Part shown: in pieces, positions 11,848 through 21,902 of the stretch
Layout: the number at the start of each line of letters is the position of its first letter
Numbering within the stretch: position 1 is the first letter of the stretch
DNA from: Nemertoderma westbladi
Lineage: Eukaryota; Animalia; Xenacoelomorpha
Reading direction: 5' to 3'
NCBI GenBank assembly: GCA_032718475.1
Contig: JAUCBJ010007053.1
Coordinates: forward strand, 90,355 to 154,354
Length of the DNA: 64,000 bases
Notes under the pieces: model-generated
The model's database searches: none
What the model was told of the DNA's origin: nothing
Seen by the model: only the letters and a program-made list of their open reading frames with translations
Translations under genes and position numbers: made by a program

Positions 11848-12009
11848 CCTAAATCCCTGATGGACCCGGATATCTGGGGAGACGGAATCACCATAATGAA
11901 CTACAAGATGTCAAACGACGAACGCGAGCGCTTTGGGCTAAAGCGCCGTGACCAGCCGTCCGCAAACAACGCGCCCGTCGCTGGGTCGCAACCAACTGTT
12001 GGTACGTGA
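11848..12009 (+). CDS. C-terminal remnant of LINE A ORF1
   Basis: PKSLMDPDIWGDGITIMNYKMSNDERERFGLKRRDQPSANNAPVAGSQPTVGT*; W.xGI resembles the ORF1 C-terminal motif also seen in LINE B (FWPRGIT). Confidence 0.65.
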   Translation, partial: PKSLMDPDIWGDGITIMNYKMSNDERERFGLKRRDQPSANNAPVAGSQPTVGT

Positions 12010-14826
12010 CAAAATAGCCACTCCACACCGTTAACCGTTTCAACCCTGCTGTGGAACATAGAAGGACTGAAATCTGTACTTGAGTTATCCTCTGACGATT
12101 TATTGTCCGGGCCTGATATCCTACTATTAACAGAGACTTTTGCAACTAAGGAACCCGATCTACCGGGGTACTATACTTGGAGCACGGAGGCGACTAAACC
12201 CGCAGGAAGGGGAAGACCAATGGAGGGAATAACAGTTGCAGCTAAACCTCACCTGAACCCGGAATTAGTTAGTAAATCAGGATCATTTGTAACAATTAAT
12301 TCAGATGTTGGAGTTTTTATCTGCTGTTATTTCGACCCCGACACTAGTAGCGATGAGCTAGTGGACGGCGTTTATAAGGCGATCGAATCAGTTCCCGCTG
12401 GTTACAACGGACCAATTATATTAGGCGGTGATTTTAACGCCAGAATGGACAAACAGAATTGCAAAGCGGATTGTCTCCAATATCTCATGGAAGAAAGTCA
12501 CTATGGACTGGAACTGCAGAATGATTTAACTCAACCAACTTATTACTGCCATAATGGTTCTAGTCTTATAGATTTAATATTTGCAAATGTTAAGGTTTCC
12601 TCAATAGACTACCCGATAAATGGATTAAGGAAACACATACCACTTAGAATGGAATGGGAGCTAAACGACCTTAGCAACCAACAATCTACGACCAAGGAAG
12701 ATTCTCAAAGAAAAACTAAGAGAGAACTCAACTTAAACAATCTGGAAGCGGACCCTAGGTTATACAACGCATTCAACTTCTTGGAATTTGAGCAGGATAT
12801 TGACGCAGCCTACTTAAATATTGCAGAGGCAATTAAAGATTCAGCCGTACCAATCATATTTTCTAAGGAATCAAACCCCTGGTTTGATGAGAAATGTTAC
12901 AAACGACGTCAAGAAGTAATAACGCTTCACCATAGGGCCAAAGTTGATCCAGCTGAACGCGAACTACTTTGTAGCACGAAACGATTATACAAAAACCTAC
13001 TGAAGGGAAAACACGCAGCCTACCTAAAACTCCAAGAAGAAAAACTGATAGCTCGAGCCGAATCCGAGCCTTATAAATGGTGGCAGCAACGCAGAGCGGA
13101 ACCACCTTGCCCAGTCCCACTGGCAGCATGGGAAAAACACTTCAGTGACCTACTATCAACAGCCACCCCACCTACCGAACCTCCATCGCAATCAGTCCCA
13201 TACACTACCGTCGGTGAAGGAGAGGATCTTCCATATAATGCTCCTTTTACTCCCGAGGAAGTGGAGGAAGAGTTTATGAAGAAACCAAGTCGGAAGTCCG
13301 GGGGACCCGACCGCCTCCCATACGAATTACTGAAAGCCGCACTCCCGCTAACTCTCTACTTTTGGGTAACGTTATTCAACATATGCTTCATTTCTATGCG
13401 CATTGTATCTACGTGGAAATCTTGTATATGTAAGGTGTTGTACAAAGGTAAAGGACCTCGTAACGAACCAGATAACTACCGAGGCATTGCGTTGTTGTGC
13501 AATGCGTACAAGGTCTTAACTGATCTCGTAGCTCGCCGCTTACGTGCCGCCTTCAGCCACCTGATACCCAGAGAACAATTTGGTTTCCTACCGGGAAGAT
13601 CTACGGCTCAACCCATTGTACAATTGCTCCATGATATAAACTGTAACCTCGACCAACCAAGGAGACCCCTGTACGCATGCTTTGTGGATTTCAAGAAAGC
13701 ATTCGATTCCGTTCCAAGACCTAAACTCATCGAGAAACTGCGCCGTTTATTTGGGCTCAAAGGAAGAATGCTGCGATTTATAGAAATACTACTATCGACC
13801 AATTACATACAAGTCTTCGATGGGTTGCGTAAAACCAAACCAATAAGCCAGCTGATCGGCCTATTACAGGGTGATACACTCAGTCCTTATTTATTTATAC
13901 TATACATTGCGGATCTGGTAGATGCGCTCAAGCGGGCTGCCATTTTAGTAATATTACTGTTTGCCGACGATCTACTGTTTTACTCACACACCAGGGAAGG
14001 TCTACAAGCCGGCCTCAATGCTCTATCAGAGTGGGCGGCTCTGAATGGTCTCACAGTCAATTTAAAGAAAACTGCCGTGATCAAGTTTCGACGGGGAGGT
14101 AAACTTTGTAAAGCAGATGAGTTTTATTACAACAACCAGCAACCTGTTATAATCCGAAACGCTTACACATATTTGGGTGTTACTTTCCAGCCAACGTTAT
14201 CCTTTTCGACACACATTACAAATATCTGTTGTAAATCTATAATGTCTATCCACAACATTACAAACCCGCGTTATCTTTCTCTGGCGACCGCTATAAAAGT
14301 ATTCAACATAAAGACACGACCCATAATAACGTACAACCTACATCTAATCTGGCCTCATCTGACTACCGCGAACCTCCATACAATTGACAGAGTAAAGACT
14401 AATTACCTAAAGAAAACCTTGGGCGTACACAAAAGCACATTGAATCGCCTTGTGATAGCTTTGTGCGGGGAGAACACTCTAGTCGAGGACATCATTTGTA
14501 ATCTGCACCTAAACGATACGGCTGCCTTGATGGAATATAGAGCAGATATCGTAACCAAGAAGTCGGAAATTCCGGTCGAGTTCTGGAGCAGCCCGGCATT
14601 CCAGAACCGAAAATGGACAGAACCTAACCAATCTGGTCGGCACGTAACAACACGGGTATCGGTCCACGGATTTCATCATAAGATCTGTGCGACAGATAAA
14701 TTTCATGCCCCCAACCTGGAGAGCTGTGTATGTCTGCTGTGCGGAGACCCGGCCCCACTATACCACCTACTAACATGCAAGGAAAACTCGCGAACGCTAA
14801 CCTCCTGGGCCTCTAATGATACGTAA
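12010..14826 (+). CDS. LINE A ORF2: AP endonuclease + reverse transcriptase + C-terminal CCHC finger
   Basis: The frame opens at 12010 (LLWNIEGL, LLLTETF, GGDFNA, SLIDLIF). RT motifs NYRGIALL, QFGF, FVDFKKAFDSV, GLLQGDTLSP, LFADD, YLG; C-terminal CLLC-x7-H-x3-C. Confidence 0.95.
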   Translation, partial: QNSHSTPLTVSTLLWNIEGLKSVLELSSDDLLSGPDILLLTETFATKEPDLPGYYTWSTEATKPAGRGRPMEGITVAAKPHLNPELVSKSGSFVTINSDVGVFICCYFDPDTSSDELVDGVYKAIESVPAGYNGPIILGGDFNARMDKQNCKADCLQYLMEESHYGLELQNDLTQPTYYCHNGSSLIDLIFANVKVSSIDYPINGLRKHIPLRMEWELNDLSNQQSTTKEDSQRKTKRELNLNNLEADPRLYNAFNFLEFEQDIDAAYLNIAEAIKDSAVPIIFSKESNPWFDEKCYKRRQEVITLHHRAKVDPAERELLCSTKRLYKNLLKGKHAAYLKLQEEKLIARAESEPYKWWQQRRAEPPCPVPLAAWEKHFSDLLSTATPPTEPPSQSVPYTTVGEGEDLPYNAPFTPEEVEEEFMKKPSRKSGGPDRLPYELLKAALPLTLYFWVTLFNICFISMRIVSTWKSCICKVLYKGKGPRNEPDNYRGIALLCNAYKVLTDLVARRLRAAFSHLIPREQFGFLPGRSTAQPIVQLLHDINCNLDQPRRPLYACFVDFKKAFDSVPRPKLIEKLRRLFGLKGRMLRFIEILLSTNYIQVFDGLRKTKPISQLIGLLQGDTLSPYLFILYIADLVDALKRAAILVILLFADDLLFYSHTREGLQAGLNALSEWAALNGLTVNLKKTAVIKFRRGGKLCKADEFYYNNQQPVIIRNAYTYLGVTFQPTLSFSTHITNICCKSIMSIHNITNPRYLSLATAIKVFNIKTRPIITYNLHLIWPHLTTANLHTIDRVKTNYLKKTLGVHKSTLNRLVIALCGENTLVEDIICNLHLNDTAALMEYRADIVTKKSEIPVEFWSSPAFQNRKWTEPNQSGRHVTTRVSVHGFHHKICATDKFHAPNLESCVCLLCGDPAPLYHLLTCKENSRTLTSWASNDT

Positions 14827-15014
14827 TTTACCGAACTCTTTTAACTCTTTAACGTTTTTACTTATTTATTTGATTTAATTAAATACCGTTTTTATCTACC
14901 ATAATGCCAGTACCATGGCGCAATTAAATTAATATATATTAAATCTTCGGCGTATCTTCTTTTTACATCGACGGACTCAGACAATATCTGAAAGCGATTT
15001 ATAACATTCGACTC

Positions 15015-17038
15015 ATGAGTTACCAGTGGGGCGCTGGCCTACGTAATGAGTTACCAGTGGGGCGCGGGCCTACGTAATGAGTTACCAATGAGGCGCGGGC
15101 CTACGTAATGAGTTACCAATGGAGCGCGGGCCTACGTAATGAGTTACCAGTGGGGCGCGGGCCTACGTAATGAGTTACCAGTGGGGCGCGGGCCTACGTA
15201 ATGAGTTACCAGTGGGGCGCGGGCCTACGTAATGAGTTACCAGTGGGGCGCGGGCCTACGTAATGAGTTACCAGTGGGGCGCGGGCCTACGTAATGAGTT
15301 ACCAGTGGGGCGCGGGCCTACGTAATGAGTTACCAGTGGGGCGCGGGCCTACGTAATGAGTTACCAATGAGGCGCGGGCCTACGTAATGAGTTACCAGTG
15401 GGGCTCGGGCCTACGTAATGAGTTACCAGTGGGGCGCGGGCCTACGTAATGAGTTACCAGTGGGGCGCGGGCCCACGTAATGAGTTACCAATGAGGCGCG
15501 GGCCTACGTAATGAGTTACCAATGGAGCGCGGGCCTACGTAATGAGTTACCAGTGGGGCTCGGGCCTACGTAATGAGTTACCAGTGGGGCGCGGGCCTAC
15601 GTAATGAGTTACCAGTGGGGCGCGGGCCTACGTAATGAGTTACCAATGAGGCGCGGGCCTACGTAATGAGTTACCAATGAGGCGCGGGCCTACGTAATGA
15701 GTTACCAATGGAGCGCGGGCCTACGTAATGAGTTACCAGTGGGGCTCGGGCCTACGTAATGAGTTACCAGTGGGGCGCGGGCCTACGTAATGAGTTACCA
15801 GTGGGGCGCGGGCCTACGTAATGAGTTACCAATGAGGCGCGGGCCTACGTAATGAGTTACCAGTGGGACGCGGGCCTACGTAATGAGTTACCAGTGGGGT
15901 TCGGGCCTACGTAATGAGTTACCAGTGGGGCGCGGGCCTACGTAATGAGTTACCAGTGGGGCGCGGGCCTACGTAATGAGTTACCAGTGGGGCGCGGGCC
16001 TACGTAATGAGTTACCAGTGGGGCGCGGGCCTACGTAATGAGTTACCAGTGGGGCGCGGGCCTACGTAATGAGTTACCAGTGGGGCGCGGGCCTACGTAA
16101 TGAGTTACCAGTGGGGCGCGGGCCTACGTAATGAGTTACCAGTGTGGCGCGGGCCTAAGTAATGAGTTACCAGTGGGGCGCGGGCCTACGTAATGAGTTA
16201 CCAGTGGGGCGCGGGCCTACGTAATGAGTTACCAGTGGGGCGCGGGCCTACGTAATGAGTTACCAGTGGGGCGCGGGCCTACGTAATGAGTTACCAGTGG
16301 GGCGCGGGCCTACGTAATGAGTTACCAATGGGGCTCGGGCCTACGTAATGAGTTACCAGTGGGGCGCGGGCCTACGTAATGAGTTACCAGTGGGGCGCGG
16401 GCCTACGTAATGAGTTACCAGTGGGGCGCGGGCCTACGTAATGAGTTACCAATGGGGCTCGGGCCTACGTAATGAGTTACCAGTGGGGCGCGGGCCTACG
16501 TAATGAGTTACCAGTGGGGCGCGGGCCTACGTAATGAGTTACCAATGGGGCTCGGGCCTACGTAATGAGTTACCAGTGGGGCGCGGGCCTACGTAATGAG
16601 TTACCAGTGGGGCGCGGGCCTACGTAATGAGTTACCAGTGGGGCGCGGACCTACGTAATGAGTTACCAGTGGGGCGCGGGCCTACGTAATGAGTTACCAG
16701 TGGGGCGCGGGCCTACGTAATGAGTTACCAGTGGGGCGCGGGCCTACGTAATGAGTTACCAGTGGGGCGCGGGCCTACGTAATGAGTTACCAATGAGGCG
16801 CGGGCCTACGTAATGAGTTACCAATGGAGCGCGGGCCTACGTAATGAGTTACCAGTGGGGCGCGGGCCTACGTAATGAGTTACCAGTGGGGCGCGGGCCT
16901 ACGTAATGAGTTACCAGTGGGGCGCGGGCCTACGTAATGAGTTACCAATGAGGCGCGGGCCTACGTAATGAGTTACCAATGGGGCTCGGGCCTACGTAAT
17001 GAGTTACCAGTGGGGCGCGGGCCTACGTAATGAGTTAC
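15015..17038. repeat. 31-bp GC-rich satellite (GAGTTACCAGTGGGGCGCGGGCCTACGTAAT), left arm, about 65 copies
   Basis: Period 31, near-identical units. Confidence 0.97.
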
Positions 17039-17306
17039 TATTATTAATTCATTTAATTCGGACCCAGCCGACAACAGTAAAAGTTCGCTGCACGTTAATA
17101 AGAAATAAAAAGCGAACAAAGTTTCACACACTGCACCAGTGATACAAAATAAAGGATACAATATATTCAAATTAAAAGGAAGAACAAAGCATTTAAAATA
17201 GCCATGGATGGATGCAAATGAAAAAAAAAAAAGAATTATGACCTCGGGGTTTGCTCTGCTTCCAAACGATGCAGAGTCATTAATACTGCACAGGGAACAC
17301 AGTGTA

Positions 17307-20300
17307 TTACACAATACCGAAGTAGTCCCTAATTCTGGTTCTTTTTTCTCCGAGACTCAATGTTCTAAGATTAAATGTTTCTTCGATAAAGCTGGCCTTG
17401 GCCTTATCCCCAGTCAATGCTGCTCCGTGCGAGATACGATTCATCAGGGACTTCTTGTCATAGCGGTACATCAATAGGGACTCAAGCTGTGGAAGGGGAA
17501 AGATAGATAGCGCTTTTATAAAAGAGTTTAGCACTCCCCGATACCGTGACCCAGAGGTTCCATCGAGACTAGCAACAGAGCAGTTAATAAACGATCCCTG
17601 TAAAGCCTTGCTGGGACAATCTATAATTCGCACCATGGTTCCCACCGCTTGTCGCATTGCTTCCACTGATAGGGCATTGATGCTCGTAAGGTGCTCCAGT
17701 GTGGGGTTGCTAACATAGCGCCCAATGTAGAGTAAGCTGCGCAGAGCATTTCTGTGGGCAGCATCGAGTCTATCCATGTCGTTCTGGGAGAGGTAACCAA
17801 TGTGTAATCTCAGGTCGTATAAAATTACAGGCAGTGCAACTGTTCTCCAGAGGTGAGATACGGTTTCAACAGGCAGCCATTCAGAGGTCCATCCCTTGTT
17901 CTTAAGGGTCTGGCTTAGTGCCGCTATCGTCTGCAGGGTCTTGCTTAAGGGGTTAGTCATAACAGTAGCCAAATCGTACCCTAAGAAGCTTAACTTTTCG
18001 CATCTTGGAACCACTTTGCCGTTCAGATAAAGAAATGTTGGCCTATGACAGCCTTGGTGATTGTTGAACACAGTCCAGTTTACTTTGGATTTTTCTACTG
18101 TAAGTTTCATTTCTGCTGCGCTATTATGGAACATGGTAAACATTTTCTCCATTCCCTCCTGCGTGTTAGAGACTAACAAGAAATCATCAGCATAAGAGAT
18201 TGTTCCCAACCAGTGTGTGTCTATCCAGCATCCGAGGTTGGAACTTTTCAAATCATCAAGAATGGATTTAGTATACAAATTGAAGAGGACTGGTGAGAGG
18301 AGTGATCCCTGTTTCAGGCCTCTACAAACATGGATGCCTATAGCATCAACATCACTGCCGAACTTGAGAAAATAGAGGCTTCTGGTGTAATAGTTAAGGA
18401 CAGTAGCAACAATGTGAGGGTTTATTCCACACTCCAGCATTTTGCAGCCCAGAACGTTATAGTCAACAGTGTCGAATGCTGACTCTATATCAAGCTGACA
18501 GAGATATACTGACTTGTTCTTCATCCGCAGATGCTCAATGCACTCTAACATCGTTGCAATGACTACATCAGACCCAATGTGACTACGGTAGGCTGTCTGG
18601 TTCTCATGGAGATCTATGCTGCTAAGGAAGCTCTTCAGCACAACATGTTCAAACAATTTGGCCCAAATGCTGATTGATGATATTGGGCGATACGATTTAG
18701 GAGAGTAAACATCCCGATGCTTGCCCTTATAGAGGCTTGTCAGAACCGAATGTCCAAATATATTAGGAACTTTCTTCAGCATGAATGAGAGGTTGAACAC
18801 AATTGCTAAGATTTCACATATTGGCTCTGGGTTCAAATGTAGCAAATGCTCAATAGTGAGCGAAGAGTTATCAGGGGCTTTCCCTGTAGATAGTGCTGCA
18901 ATTGCTCTCTTCACTGTCAGTGAGGATATTTGTGGCACCACTGAGTTTGCACACGCCAAGTCCATGTCAGTCAGTAGTTCATCACTCAACTTGGAGGCAT
19001 TGTTGGAAAATTTTCTAACATAACTATCGCGCAACTTATCTTCCATCGAGGGGGGTATACCATTTCCGTTTGATTTATTTACCTTTGCCCAAAAGTATTT
19101 CGGATTTGAGTTGAATTTGTTGGCCCATTTATGTATTGATTGTGCGACTGAGTTTTTAGAGAGAAAATTTTTGATACGCCTTGTGCGTCGTTTGGACTCC
19201 TTGAACACTGTAGCAAGGGGGTGTTCATTGCCTTTTCCTTCTTCACTCCATAGTTGGTACAATTGTTGTGTTGTTTTCGAACTCTGGTGTAGAATTTTGG
19301 ACCGAATTCTTATGTTTTTTATACCAGTCTTTCGCTTTGCTACTGGAATATTCTGAATTGCAGCATCATGAATTGCAGACTGTATGTTCTCCATCACACC
19401 ATCGAGAGTTGCAGTAGAAGGTTTTCCACCTAGTTCAGATTTTATTTTATGGATATTCTCCAATAGAAGTGTGTCAACAGCAACTTTATATCTTTCCTTT
19501 TGGGCTTCAGTTGCTTTAGCCCAGTTAAATTTCATGATTTTCCTCCTTGTGGTTGGCTTCACTTTCTGCCCTGAATGGTCATTGTTGAACATAACCGAAA
19601 ATGTCGCAATTACTGGTACGTGATCTGAGTAGTTACTACCAGGATCTTCTTCATATACGCAGCCATCTTTTATCAAAACCATGTTTAACATTGGAGTCAA
19701 TATATGGTCAATATATGACTGACCACCGTTGTGCCCATAAAACGTTATAACTGGCCCAGTGAACTGCTTGTGAGTATCGATGGCCCTTAAATTATTATCG
19801 TTTAGAAAAGAGTTAAGAATCCGGCCTCTGTAAGATGGTTTCTCAGTGAGGAATCTGTTTCCCTGCAGACTACCAAGATCAGCATTGGCATCAGTGAGGA
19901 TGATGGGGATGCATGCTGAATACTGCTCCAGTAACCCATAGAGGCGGCCCAGGAACTCATCGTAGACTTCTTGAGGTTTCCCCGAATCTGGGGCATAGGC
20001 TGAAAGAATCAGAAATGGCTCGTTTGAGGAGTGAAGATGAGCAATTACGCCAACAATATTATCTCCAGATTTCACTTCACTGAAACTATTCACTTTATCC
20101 TTCCTCATGTAAAGGGCTACACCACCTGCACCACGTATACGGTTAGGATTGCTCATTAAGTGGCTTACTGAATATATACAGTTGAAGTTGGCATCCAGTA
20201 GACACATTGATTCTTTGCACTCCATGTCATCGAGCCAGTGTTCCTGGAGGCCTAGAAAATCACAGCTGGTTAAGAGCTCAGCAATGTATTTAGAGTTTGC

Positions 20301-20426
20301 CGCAAATCCATGGGTATTAAAAGTGCACAACCTCAGCTGTTCCTCCAAACCACATTCAGCGGTGTTAGTCTTGATGAAAGGGCTGGTGAGCCCACGGTCT
20401 ATCTCTATACCCTGAATTGACTGCAT
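17307..20426 (-). CDS. LINE B ORF2: AP endonuclease + reverse transcriptase
   Basis: Motifs CTFNTHGF, GLQEHWL, GGVAL, TDANA, SYIDHIL, SDHVP, SYRPIS, LDIESAFDTV, GLKQGSLLSP, SYADD, FLG. The first ATG is at 20426 and overlaps the end of ORF1 by 62 nt. Confidence 0.95.
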   Translation of the reverse strand: MQSIQGIEIDRGLTSPFIKTNTAECGLEEQLRLCTFNTHGFAANSKYIAELLTSCDFLGLQEHWLDDMECKESMCLLDANFNCIYSVSHLMSNPNRIRGAGGVALYMRKDKVNSFSEVKSGDNIVGVIAHLHSSNEPFLILSAYAPDSGKPQEVYDEFLGRLYGLLEQYSACIPIILTDANADLGSLQGNRFLTEKPSYRGRILNSFLNDNNLRAIDTHKQFTGPVITFYGHNGGQSYIDHILTPMLNMVLIKDGCVYEEDPGSNYSDHVPVIATFSVMFNNDHSGQKVKPTTRRKIMKFNWAKATEAQKERYKVAVDTLLLENIHKIKSELGGKPSTATLDGVMENIQSAIHDAAIQNIPVAKRKTGIKNIRIRSKILHQSSKTTQQLYQLWSEEGKGNEHPLATVFKESKRRTRRIKNFLSKNSVAQSIHKWANKFNSNPKYFWAKVNKSNGNGIPPSMEDKLRDSYVRKFSNNASKLSDELLTDMDLACANSVVPQISSLTVKRAIAALSTGKAPDNSSLTIEHLLHLNPEPICEILAIVFNLSFMLKKVPNIFGHSVLTSLYKGKHRDVYSPKSYRPISSISIWAKLFEHVVLKSFLSSIDLHENQTAYRSHIGSDVVIATMLECIEHLRMKNKSVYLCQLDIESAFDTVDYNVLGCKMLECGINPHIVATVLNYYTRSLYFLKFGSDVDAIGIHVCRGLKQGSLLSPVLFNLYTKSILDDLKSSNLGCWIDTHWLGTISYADDFLLVSNTQEGMEKMFTMFHNSAAEMKLTVEKSKVNWTVFNNHQGCHRPTFLYLNGKVVPRCEKLSFLGYDLATVMTNPLSKTLQTIAALSQTLKNKGWTSEWLPVETVSHLWRTVALPVILYDLRLHIGYLSQNDMDRLDAAHRNALRSLLYIGRYVSNPTLEHLTSINALSVEAMRQAVGTMVRIIDCPSKALQGSFINCSVASLDGTSGSRYRGVLNSFIKALSIFPLPQLESLLMYRYDKKSLMNRISHGAALTGDKAKASFIEETFNLRTLSLGEKRTRIRDYFGIV

Positions 20427-21687
20427 TGTGGTACCGATCACGTTGCTCCATGTGGTGGTTAACTTGGTGGATGTGTCGAGGATGGTAGATCCAGTCCCGA
20501 CACGTTATTCCTCTTGGCCAGAAACCAGGTACTTTTAGATTATCACCGATCCCTGAATCCACTGATATCTTCATATTCCTAGAGTCTCTGGAGTTACGTG
20601 TTGTTATACGGTGGATAGTTATACGATGATAATTTAAGTAATCAACTATATCATCCTCAGAGTACTCAAATGGCACACCGCTGATAAAGACAGTTGTTTG
20701 TTTTGATAATTGTTCGGACCAGCTCTGTTTGCTTGAGCCCTGTTTTAATTCATTAGGTTCGTGTTGCTTGTTGAGTGTTTTCCCTCGTCTATGATGCCTG
20801 ATACTTCTGGCAGGACTGGAGTGTCTATGTGTACCCAGTTCAGCCCTTGTTGATTTACGATTATTTGTTCTAGAGCTTGAGCTCTCAATCCTTGAACCAG
20901 TATCTTGCTTTGTATGAAGCTGATTTGAAATTGCCTTTAAGTACTGTGAATTTGAAATTGTAGCTGCATTGTCTGCTTCATCTGAGAGTAGAGGGGCAAA
21001 TCTGTTGTTTGTTTGTCCCACCAATTTGGGAGGGCAACCAGCAGAAAAATCCTTTCTTTGATAACTTCTCCGCCTGGAAATGATGGACCAGTCCAAATCG
21101 TTTGGCTTGGCATCATGATTGCCGTGGTGAGGTTGATCTCTTGGATTGGTTGGTGTGCTTTCCCCTGCTGATATAGAATCAATGATAAGGTACTCGTCTT
21201 GGGAGCCTACTTGAGTCTTCTTTCGTTTGTCAGTCATTTCCTCACTGCTTCGACCTGAAGGTTCACATGCTTGCAGTTGTCCTTCTAGCCTAGTAATTTT
21301 TTGTTCCAAGATCATTCGTTGGTGGCGTTCTATACTAAGTTCATCTTGGATATATCCATATTTCTCTTTTAAGGAACAATTCTCCGTTTCGATGAGACCA
21401 AGACGTGCCTGCAATGTGGACACAGCTGTAATGAGGTCATTCCTAATGCCCTCTAAAGTGATCCCCGTTGTATTCAAGTCAACCTTCCTTAGGCGTCTAC
21501 GGCAGGCCTCTGAGATAGCCCCTGCTGAGAGACAGCGTAGAAGCTCAAATATGTCTGTTGCTAGAGGAGTGGCAGCTGAGCGGTGTTGTAGTTTTAGGGT
21601 TACTGACTGTAGTGGGGACATAATTTTCTGCAGAGAGTCGAATAATTGTTGGCGAATTATCATAAGACCCAATGGTGGTTGGTGCAT
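20365..21687 (-). CDS. LINE B ORF1 3' part (coiled coil + RRM-like C-terminal domain)
   Basis: Heptad-like LQARLGLIETENCSLKE..LEQKITRLEGQL; VFISGVPFEYSEDDIVDYL...MKISV...FWPRGITCRDW. Confidence 0.85.
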   Translation of the reverse strand: MHQPPLGLMIIRQQLFDSLQKIMSPLQSVTLKLQHRSAATPLATDIFELLRCLSAGAISEACRRRLRKVDLNTTGITLEGIRNDLITAVSTLQARLGLIETENCSLKEKYGYIQDELSIERHQRMILEQKITRLEGQLQACEPSGRSSEEMTDKRKKTQVGSQDEYLIIDSISAGESTPTNPRDQPHHGNHDAKPNDLDWSIISRRRSYQRKDFSAGCPPKLVGQTNNRFAPLLSDEADNAATISNSQYLKAISNQLHTKQDTGSRIESSSSRTNNRKSTRAELGTHRHSSPARSIRHHRRGKTLNKQHEPNELKQGSSKQSWSEQLSKQTTVFISGVPFEYSEDDIVDYLNYHRITIHRITTRNSRDSRNMKISVDSGIGDNLKVPGFWPRGITCRDWIYHPRHIHQVNHHMEQRDRYHNAVNSGYRDRPWAHQPFHQD

Positions 21688-21902
21688 TCTGGGAAAAACA
21701 TCAGCTGTGTTTCTGTTTTTTTGCAGGAACTCAAGTAATGACGTGCAACATACTTTATGGCACTCAGCTTGTCATAGTTAGGATTTTGCAGCTTAGTTGT
21801 GAGGACAGCCATAATCGAAGCGGTGTGTGGTAAAGCAATACTAATTATAGACAGAAAACTGTCAATAACATTGTCATCAATCCATGACTTCCCATTTAAT
21901 GT
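21660..21902 (-). pseudogene. Frameshift-isolated Ulp1/SENP (peptidase C48)-like segment in LINE B
   Basis: Manual translation: TLNGKSWIDDNVIDSFLSII...QLMFFPECTNHHWVL*, continuing as MIIRQQLFDSL in the ORF1 frame. This matches Ulp1-type WLxDxVI, FxP...HWxL and DSL motifs; no catalytic Q..DCG is visible. Confidence 0.65.

Larger units (their letters stand above)
11848..14937 (+). mobile_element. LINE A: 5'-truncated APE-type non-LTR retrotransposon with intact ORF2
   Basis: Perfect 14-bp TSD ATTAAATCTTCGGC (11834-11847 and 14938-14951); AT-rich tail. Confidence 0.93.
11651..15039. mobile_element. MITE remnant hosting LINE A; its right end is the first monomer of the 31-bp satellite
   Basis: Left AGCGCTTCCACTGGTA...ACTCATGAGTCGAAAGTGATTAT mirrors right ATAACATTCGACTCATGAGTTACCAGTGGGGCGCT (15001-15035). 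Confidence 0.6.

Noticed and set aside
18781-21781. Plus-strand ORFs opposite LINE B
   Set aside because: Antisense shadows of coding sequence with no recognisable motifs.
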